The notes under the pieces are model-generated. The model was given only the letters and a program-made list of their open reading frames with translations, made no database searches and had not been told where the DNA came from. The position numbers and the translations under genes were made by a program. A stretch of DNA of 64,000 bases, taken from positions 42,222,001 to 42,286,000 of the forward strand of contig NC_043004.1 of the NCBI RefSeq assembly GCF_006345805.1, written 5' to 3'. Positions 54,888 through 64,000 of the stretch are shown piece by piece; the stretch's first letter is position 1; the number at the start of each line of letters is the position of its first letter. Source of the stretch: Octopus sinensis. Its lineage: Eukaryota.

Positions 54888-55320
54888 TTTCTTCTTCTTC
54901 TTCTTCTTCTTCTTCTTCTTCTTCTCCTTCTCCTCCACCTTCTTCTTCTTCTTCTCCTTCTCCTCCTTCTTCTCCTCATCCTTCACCTCCTTCTCCTTCT
55001 TCTCCTGCTTTTTCTTCTTCTTCTCCTCCTTCTCCTCCTCCTTCTTCTTCTTCTCCTTCTTCTTCTTCTTCCTCTCCTTCTTCTCCTCCTTCTCCTCCTC
55101 CTTCTTCTTCTTCTCCTTCTTCTTCTTCTTCTTCTTCTCCTTCTTCTTCTCCTTCTTCTTCTTCTTCTTCTTCCTCTCCTTCTTCTCCTTCTTCTTCTTC
55201 TTCTTCTTCTTCTCCTTCTCCTTCTTCTTCTTCTTCTCCTTCTCCTCCTTCTCCTCCTCCTCCGTCTTCTTCTACTTCTCCTCCTCCTCCTCCTCCTCTT
55301 CTTCTTCTTCTTCTTCTTCT
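54888..55320. repeat. Long polypyrimidine (TTC/TCC)n tract
   Basis: About 430 nt of almost pure C/T on the + strand. Confidence 0.95.
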
Positions 55321-55693
55321 TTCTGTTCTTTGCGCACTTCCTCTTCCTCGCCTTTTCTTTATTCATGCCAAAGAAGAAAAAATGAAATACTACATTACAT
55401 TACATTAAATATTGCATTCATATAACCAGCGCGTCCTTCATCCTTGTCCTTCTGCTTGTCGTCGTTGTCGTCGTCCTTGTCATCCTACTCTTTCTGCTCA
55501 TCATCATCATTCTCCTCCCCCCTCCGCATCATCATCAGCAGCAGTAGCATCACCGCTATCATAACCATCGCTAACAGTGTTGACTTACCGACACGATCAT
55601 GTCTTATTCGCGTACTCTCTTTTAAATCTCTCACTGCCTCTTTACCCTTCATAATTTTCTTCCGACTAAATATTAAGTTATATATATATATAC

Positions 55694-55728
<35 letters not shown>

Positions 55729-56068
55729 TGTTATGTATGTATGTATGTGTGTATGCATACACGTAAGTAAGCATATATATACGTATTCATGTATGTACGA
55801 AGATAAATGTGTGTATGCTTGTGTGTGAATATATGCATATATATATATATATATGTTGAAATATGGATACGTATATGTATATGTGTATAAATAAATCAAT
55901 ATATATATATATTATTTTAAAATCTTATTTTATATTTTTCAATTACATATATTTTACTTTTTTATATTTATATTTAGCATTTATATTGTATTTCGGAATG
56001 GTCATTTTATTTATATTATTTATATTATATTATTTATATTTAATTCTTATTTACACTCGTACTTTTTA

Positions 56069-56137
<69 letters not shown>

Positions 56138-56289
56138 CTGTTTACTTTTATAATTTGTATTTTAATCTCACTTTATTTATATTTTGATATTACATATCTT
56201 TTACTTTTTTATATTTATATATATTATTGATATTTAATCCTTATCATATATCTAACTTCTCTTTTTTTATGTATGAATGACCCATACCA

Positions 56290-58708
56290 CGTCGGGGACT
56301 GAAGTCATATTTGATCGCTTTAAGGTGTGTTTGAGTGTCTGGAATGGGATAACTTAGCTTCTGAGCAGGTAGAACCTCTTTAACCTTGGTTGGTAATCTA
56401 TCTAAGAAAAGGAATTCTCCGAAATACAGTTCCTGGTTTTGTCAATTTTCATGTCACACTGGCGAAAATCTTCTTGGCCCAATAGGTGGGGGTAGTGCAG
56501 TGCAAGCTACACCCACTGAAAATTATTCATATGTACAGGTACTTCCTGTACACCAAATCTTAGTAAAATCATTGAATTGGTTGGTTGGCAAGAACCTAAA
56601 AGTACACTTGAAACCTGCTCTAAAATGTGTCAAACAGATTCAGTAAATGGCAAAAATGGTTTCAGAACGTCAGGGAAACAGGTCTGGTAATGCAAGTATT
56701 CCAGTGTATCACAGTGTATCATCATTCTACCACTGTGGACACACAATCTTCAATAAAAAGTAAAAATAAACATCCATTGAATTTGGGCTATTGGAATGTC
56801 CGCACACTTCTTGATGATAATTTCAACAACAGACAAGAAAGGCGTACTGCACTTATTGCATGTGCGCTTAAGAAATATTCCCTTGATATAGGAAGTCGTC
56901 TCTCTAGTGAGGGTCAAGTAAATGAACCTACTTATAGATATTCTAACTTTTGGAGGGGGCCTACCTAAGGGTCAGCGTAGAGAATCTGGTGTTGGGATTG
57001 CTCTCAAGAATACATTAGTATCCTCCATTGTAGAGCCTCCAATTGGTGTATCTGAAGATACATACATACATACGTATTAAACTGACAAAACGTAGGTTTC
57101 TTACTGTTGTCAGTATTTATGCACCAACAATGACCCATTCTGATGAAACTGTAGGGCAGTTTAATGATGATCTAGCATAACTATTGAGGAATGTATCATT
57201 TTCTGACAAGCTGGTCATATTGGGAGCTTTCAATGCAAGTGTTGGAAAGAGCTATGTTTCATTGCCTGTTTTAGGTCGACATGGGATTGGAAAATGTAAT
57301 AAAAATGGAGTAGCTCTGTTGACGTGTTGTAGTGAGAATAATCTGCTTGTCACAAACACTCTGTTTAAGCAGAAAATAAATATAAAACCACCTGGATGCA
57401 TCCATGATCTAAGCATATCATAGATTATATTCTGATCAGAAAATGTGATATTAAAGATGTTTCTAGGGCTCGGACCATGAGAGAAGCAGCGAGCTGGACT
57501 GACCCTCATCTAGTGCATGGAAAAATAGTTTATTCGAAGATGCCTAAAAATCGACAGTCTGGTCCTAAGGTACCCAAAAAGTTAAACATTTCAAACTTTA
57601 AATTATCAAGGAACTTGTAAAGATAACAAGAAAGATTCTATAGAAAGTATCAATCTTGGCCCAAACAATCTATGGGAAGATTTCAAAATAAAAGTATTTC
57701 AGGATGCAAGTTCGTCAGTGGGATTGAAACCACATAGGTCCAGTGATTGGTTCTTGGGCAGATCAGCAGAAATTCTTGATCTAGTTTTGGAAAAACAAAA
57801 CTTAGGCAATACACTTCTTCCTCAGTCCTTGAACCCCAACTCAAACGAAGCTTACAGAAAGCTGAAAAGGAAAATGCAGACTGCTCTTAGGAAAATTGAA
57901 CAGGAATGGTGGAACGATAGAGCAAAAGGTTCACATGAAGCAGCTGATAAAATGATGTCAAGGATTTGTACTCTTATGTTAAGGAGGTATATGGCCCAAA
58001 ATCTTATTCAGTAGCTCCGGTAAGAACAGGAAATGGACGTTTGCATCTGACTGACACCGCTTCTATTCATAAGTGCTGGGTAGAACATTTTCCACACTTT
58101 TGAATAGACCATCATCTGCTGACACGAGGGCGATAGAAAAAAATCGAACACCTTCCAGTTATAGAAGTGATGGCATTTGAATCAGTTCAAGGTCTTGAAG
58201 TCTTGAAATATGGAGGTGACAAAATGTTTGAACTCTTCAATATATTTGTCACGTTTGGAGAACTGATAAAGTGCCTCAATTTTGGATTGATGCTATTTTA
58301 GTCTCCTTGTATAAATCGAGGCCAAATAATCTGTGTGGTAATTTTCGTGGGAGTTTGCTTTTGTTTGTGGTTGAAAAGATACTTGCATGCATTTTGTTAG
58401 ATCGTTTAAATACTTTCATAGTTCCAAATATAATGTGGGAGGCTCAGTGTGGTTTTCGTTCCTCCAGAGGCACAGTTGATTGTATCATTACGATCAGAAA
58501 ATTACAAGAAAATTGCATTGGACAGAATCTTGCTCTATACCCTTGCTATGTTGATTTAAGCAAAGCATTAGATACTGTTAATCGAAATGCTCTGTGGCTA
58601 ATTCTAAGGAAAATAGGTTGCTCAAAAATGTGTAAACCTGATCAGGGCTTTGAATCAAGATATGAAAGCTAGAGTTAACTTTGGTGGGAGGCTCTCTGAA
58701 TCTGTGAA
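56290..58708 (+). mobile_element. RTE-clade LINE (APE endonuclease plus N-terminal RT), 3'-truncated pseudogene
   Basis: LGYWNVRTLLD..ERRTALIA, SGVGIAL, VVSIYAPT, KLVILGAFNASVG, LLVTNTLFKQK; RT N-terminus NFRG..LL..VEKILA..LLDRL..EAQCGFRSSRGTVDCI..YVDLSKALDTVNR. Stops before the PQG motif. Confidence 0.93.
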
Positions 58709-58714
58709 TTGAAA

Positions 58715-59650
58715 TATGATTAGAGATCAAAGTTGGTTATTTAGAAATGTTCTGTATTTTTCGAAGAATAGATGTACATTATTTAAACGTTCTTGCATAG
58801 AGATTGTGTCTTTGCACTGGTGAAATTTGGTTTGATGTTACCTGCACATCTCTCTGTGTCCACTTAAAGGAATATGTCTGTATTGCGGGAATCGGATCTG
58901 CTCTTTATGTCGACTGGTTTTCCGTCTCATTGTCTTACTCGTCTGTTATATATAGTTATGTCCACAACCCGAGCAGGTTATTACATATATGAGATTATCA
59001 GAGGTACAAGTGAAGTTGGTTTTAATTGTGAACCTCCCTCCTTGTTTGAAAAGAAAGTCCTAGCCTTCAAGTAGGTTGGGGCATGTTCCAGAGTTTGGGC
59101 GTCCAAATGTTTTAACCGTTGGCTTCGTGGTTGTGTAAAGCATCATATTTACTCTTTACTCTTTTACTCTTTTACTTGTTTCAGTCGTTTGACTGCGGCC
59201 ATGCTGGAGCACCGCCTTTAATCGAACAAATCGACCCCGGGACTTATTCTTTTCTAAGCCCAGTACTTATTCTATCGGTCTCTTTTGCCGAACCGCTAAG
59301 TAACGGGGACATAAACAGACCAGCATCGGTTGTCAAGCAATGCTAGGGGGACAAACACAGACACACAAACAAACACACGCATACATATACATATATACGA
59401 CGGGCTTCTTTCAGTTTCCGTCTACCAAATCCACTCACAAGGCTTTGGTCGGCCCGAGGCTATAGTAGAAGACACTTGCCCAAGGTGCCACGCAGTGGGA
59501 CTGAACCCGGAACCATGTGGTTGGTAAACAAACTACTTACCACACAACCACTCCTGCGCCTTGTTAGAATTATCTTTAACGATTTGTATTGCTTTTTGCA
59601 TTTGATAAATTTATGTGTTTTTAGGATGTTGTTCATTCTTGGTGTGTGTA
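58715..59650 (-). mobile_element. Penelope-like element, GIY-YIG endonuclease fragment (interrupted by a SINE)
   Basis: Minus strand PRMNNILKTHKFIKCKKQYKSLKIILT (59562-59650), then KPTVKTFGRPNSGTCPNLLEG*DFLFKQGGRFTIKTNFTCTSDNLIYVITCSGCGHNYI and HKEQIRSPQYRHIPLSGHREMC. Confidence 0.85.
59150..59561 (-). mobile_element. SINE family A, full length, inserted in the Penelope-like fragment
   Basis: Complete head AGGCGCAGGAGTGG..., core and (AAAGAGT)n tail. Confidence 0.95.
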
Positions 59651-60380
59651 TTCGTAGGCGGGCGGGAGTTTGCAGTCAAATGGCGGTGGGATAAACCTGA
59701 ACACAGCTTAATATCAGTATCTAAGACTTCACAATTTGCTGTTGTTTTGAACACTGCGCGATTCAATTTTGGTTTTTGGTATACATCTATTTCATCACTG
59801 CCAAATACACCATTATTATCATACTCATCATAATTTATTTATTGTTGTTACACACCTCTTACTTTTTTCAATCTTCTACTTCATATTTTCTTGCTGTTGT
59901 TGTTGTTGTTGTTATTATTACCTAGTTTTGTTTCCTTTCTTTTGTTTTTTCCTACCTATGCTTTTTATTAATGTTCTTCTATTGCTATCTCCTCCTCTCG
60001 TTTTCCTTAATTTCCTATTACCACGCTCTTGAAAATTCCATCATTTACTAATCAAAAATATGTTATTCCTCTCGGAAATTTGAACAATTCTTTGAAGAAG
60101 TGACAGATTTAAACGTAATACAAACAACTACTATTAATAAAAAAAAATCAAAACAATGACAAATTCCACAACAACAGCAACAGCAAATACAAAATCTTAA
60201 AACCACAGCATAACCAAATATATAGAAGATTTAAATAGTTAAATTCCCGAAAAGTGGCAAAAGCAACATAATAATTGATATATTACGGAGATAAAATGGA
60301 AAATATATAAAAAAAGATATTAAATTGAGATACAAGCACAAAGATTTGCAGGCACACACACACACACAGATGTGTATGAG

Positions 60381-60422
<42 letters not shown>

Positions 60423-60634
60423 TGTGTGTGTTTGTGCGTGTGTGTTTGTGTTCGTGTTAACTGATTTCATCTCCTCTTTGGCAGAGTGTGTAAATCTTCT
60501 TAGTAATGTGACTACAACTGTCCAGCAGGTAAATATATTTTGGCACCATATCACAGGAATAATGGAAAAATATTCACCAAACTTTCAGATATGTTATTAC
60601 ATACTTAGGCATATATGTACATATAAACACACAT

Positions 60635-60701
<67 letters not shown>

Positions 60702-61185
60702 AATACATAGGCACGCATTCATATTCACGTACATATCAATATATATTAGTATATAGCAAGATATACACTTATATATATATATATATTGATATATTACCCG
60801 TATGATATAAGTACGTATATACATATATGTACGTATAGATATTATATATGAAAATATATACCTGTATGTACCTATGTATGCAGTGCCAGATCTAATAGCT
60901 TTCATTAAGCGTTATACATACATATGTATAATACTTAAGGGACAAATTAAATGCTTACTCAATCATTTTCTTTATTGCTCTCCTTTCCGCCTCCGTTTTT
61001 CATCTTGTAGTTCGACTTATTTATTTTGTAGTTCGACTTATTTATTTTCTTTCTTTTTGTTACCAGTCGCAATTTCTCTTCCTTTCATCCTCCTTCCTTA
61101 TTAGCATTATTATTATTTATATCATCGTCTTCATCATCATTTCTCACAGCTGTCAATATCGCTACTAGCATTACGTTGGCGATAG

Positions 61186-61216
<31 letters not shown>

Positions 61217-61699
61217 ACTAATACTACTTATTTGTAACTGACGCACGTGGCTGAAATTTTTGTAGGAGAGCTCTAGTCAATTAGATTCGCCCTCAGTAAA
61301 CGTTTGATAATTATTTTATCGAAGAATGTAATTACTTCTGTCTGAGTAAACTGGGTACCGTCTACCTCGAGGAAGAGAAAGCAGTTGAATAACAAACTCG
61401 TTCTATCCTATGATGAGGGAACTAATAAAAATTTGGATATTTTTCTCTATTAGAGAAAGAAAGAGCAGTAGTTGAATGCTGCGAATCATTTCTTTAAAAT
61501 TTGATCAGACACATTCCAACTTCGTGCTAAAATGTGTTACGTAAAGCGTTAGTGATGAAATAACCAATATTTTAGCTCAATGGACCGAAGAAGTAAACAT
61601 AAAAATAGTTGAAAGTAGAAGATGAAAATTGGTAAGAATATGTGTGCATAGGGTTGCAAGCAGGAATCCTCTTAGCTGTCGCTGAAACTAGTGCAAGTA

Positions 61700-61910
61700 A
61701 CATCGAAAAGTTCCTAGTTTTAAGGGTATCGCAAAAGGCCTGGTTCGATGCCCAACCTTCTGAGTTATTTTACAAGGCGTAAAAAAACTGAAAGAGCGCT
61801 GCGATGAGTGAGTGAATCTGAAAGTGGAATATGTTACATAAAATCATAATTAACTACTTCTCCTGTATTTTCTTGTACCCAAAGCCAGGAGCTTTTCAAC
61901 AGCACCCTCG
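61700..61910 (+). mobile_element. mariner-derived MITE, same family as 48771-48988
   Basis: Shared body GCGAAAGGCCT..AAAAACTGAA..ATAAAATCATAATTAA; right TIR CTTTTCAACAGCACCCTCG|TA. Confidence 0.75.
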
Positions 61911-62399
61911 TATCTCCAAATTATGTCCTATTACCTAAAAAGAAAAAGTAGACGTTAGATAATGGTAATTAAAGTTACAAATATTAATGTAAGATTATAT
62001 AAGTATGCATGCACACTTAAAATGAATGTGCATTCACATATGTATTAGTTGCACATGTAAAATATAATTCAGGGTTGGGGCGATATGGTTTAGAAATAAC
62101 GCAGAAAATAAGGTCACAAATATAAACAATATATGTTAGGGATTGTTATAGAAATGGGAAAGCAATTCTGCGAATTAAATGTTTGGAAAACAAAGCAGCA
62201 AAAAAAAAAAAAAAAACAAACAATTTGCAAACAGCGAGTAGTTAGCGATAAGAAACCTACATGGAAACATACCGTATTACACACATGTGGATCTCTCGCA
62301 ACTGATGAGGTAAAAATCAATATTTTTTAAATTTCAAATAGATAAAGAAACGTTGGTGTTTTGTTGAAGAAAAGGGATGTAATTAATGGAATTTATCCC

Positions 62400-62606
62400 A
62401 CCCAGTTCACTTATCGCGGTTTATTACTCAAGCTTAGATCGATTCCTCCGTGGTGTTGTTTCACATTGATAATAAAATAAATATATACAAATTATAAAAA
62501 TAATTAAAAAATACAGTACAGTACTGTTTCTACTTCGCGGATTTTCACCTATCGCGGAGGGATGGGGTTTGGAGCGTAACACCCGCAATAGTCGAGAGAT
62601 TACTAT
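62400..62606 (+). mobile_element. pogo/Tigger-like 3' terminal fragment
   Basis: CGCGGATTTTCACCTATCGCGG...GGAGCGTAACACCCGCAATAGTCGAGAGATTACTA resembles Tigger-type right ends. Confidence 0.55.
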
Positions 62607-62984
62607 AAAACGTTTTTTGATATTAATTGCCCAGGGCTAATACCTTGCTGTACACTAGTTGCCATGAGGAAAGTGATAATGTAAGGAGATACCATATATT
62701 ATGATACGGCAACTGCAGCGACTAAAGAGATATGAAAGTTTATGGACATTGTATTTGAAGTTTGAGTTATTTTTAGAATTTACGCAGCCAACATATTCTT
62801 CCTTTAGCCTAAAACCCCGTTATTAAGTTCACGAGCAATACAATAGATAAAGTTTGTAGTGAAGTGCTTGAGGTTGACAGTGACATTGGAAGTGGGATTT
62901 CGTACCGATTGTGTTGAAAGGTGTAAAGAGTTGAGTATAGTATCATGGCTGAAAACATTCAAGAAGTACTATTACTATTACTGT

Positions 62985-63185
62985 TTTACTATTTTACTTG
63001 TTTCAGTTAATTGACTGTGGCCATGCTGGAGCACCGCTTTTAGTCGAGCAAATCCACCCCGGGACTTATTCTTTGTAAGCCTAGTACTTATTCTATCGGT
63101 CGCTTTTGCCAAACCGCTAAGTTACAGTGACGTGAACACACCAGCATCGGTTTTCAAGCGATGTCGGGGGAGGGGAACAAACACA

Positions 63186-63237
<52 letters not shown>

Positions 63238-63689
63238 ACATATATATATATATATATATCGCCATGTTGATTCGCTAGCCTCTGCACGCATTTTGTTTCT
63301 CTACTTGTTTCTTTCTGTGTTTCTTTTCTGTGTATCTTTCTGTTGAAGAGCGTAGGCTCGAAACGTAAAAGACTTGTTTTACTTATATTCCTGAGCGCCA
63401 TACTAATACAATTGTTTGTTTGTATTCCACCTGCCTTCGTCTTTTGTTTATTTTCATAAAGCTTCCCGTTATATATATATATATACATATATATGACGGG
63501 GTTCTTTTTGTTTCCGTCTACCAAATCCATTCACAAGACTTTAGTCGACCCGAGGCTTTAGTAGAAGACACTTGCCCAATGTGCCACGCAGTGGGACTGA
63601 ACCCGGAACCATGTGGTTCGTAAACAAGCTACTTACCACACAGCCACACCTACGCCTAGTGCATAGCTACACAGCCACTCCTACGCCTA
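62985..63689 (-). mobile_element. SINE family A carrying an insertion of about 210 bp and a duplicated head
   Basis: Tail half 62985-63240 and head half 63475-63658, with foreign sequence about 63258-63470 in the internal microsatellite. ACACAGCCAC(A/T)CCTACGCCT occurs twice at 63639-63689. Confidence 0.9.
63335..63372 (+). ncRNA. Minimal Penelope-type hammerhead motif with a non-canonical core base
   Basis: TCTTT-CTGTTGA-A-GAGC-GTAG-GCTC-GAAA-CG-TA-AAAGA: 5-bp helix I, 4-bp helix II, palindromic ACGT helix III. Core reads CUGUUGA rather than CUGAUGA. Confidence 0.6.
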
Positions 63690-64000
63690 AGTACAGTTCA
63701 AATTAAGTCGATTTTAACATAGGTCCTCAACAAAATCATATATTTTCAAGGGTGAAGTTTGCGAAAGTTCTGATGATTTCCCGTACAGAGAAAGTGAAAG
63801 TTGCTGAAGATAATGAGTCGTAAAACATAAATTTTGGAGGGAAAGTAAGAAAAAGGAATTGATTCCGAAGGTGCACGCGCGTTTGACTGTGTGCGTGTGT
63901 GTATGTGTAACTGTATGAACTTGTGCGTATGTGACTATGTGTGCGTGCGTGTATGTGACTGTATGTACGTGCCCATGTGTAACTGTGTGTGCGTGCGTGA

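Noticed and set aside
56290-56400. HDV-like ribozyme at the RTE 5' end
   Set aside because: It is expected from RTE biology, but the nested double-pseudoknot pairing could not be assigned by eye.
63770-63805. CTGATGA...GAAA on the + strand
   Set aside because: Helix II and helix I pairing cannot be formed in register.

Overview
AT-rich animal genomic DNA, dense in microsatellites and transposon relics. The SINE, MITE and retroelement families look like those of Octopus; this is inference from recalled repeat sequences, not a search result. No host protein-coding gene could be assembled with confidence, and nearly all supplied ORFs are microsatellite read-through or transposon relics. Decayed mobile elements present: Tc1/mariner (maT-like DD37D, mariner, MITEs), pogo/Tigger, a TTAGGG-carrying MITE (2 copies, one with an exact 9-bp TSD), Helentron-like non-autonomous pieces, R4/Dong-like RLE retrotransposons clustered in (AAT)n tracts, RTE and RTE-X LINEs, a gag-only (HAL1-like) retroelement, a Penelope-like GIY-YIG fragment and three tRNA-derived SINE families. 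The most notable signal is a set of type I hammerhead ribozyme (HHR) motifs. One is fully canonical (27595-27691) and lies downstream of a CRE+TATA pair and a 202-bp foldback. One is a minimal Penelope-type motif inside a SINE (63335-63372), one has an apparent G3:C8 core swap at the centre of a 93-bp hairpin (13976-14018), and one is decayed, in the loop of another foldback (about 5040-5080). All have short palindromic helix-III segments (one with a 1-nt loss), and three of the four are tied to long inverted repeats.
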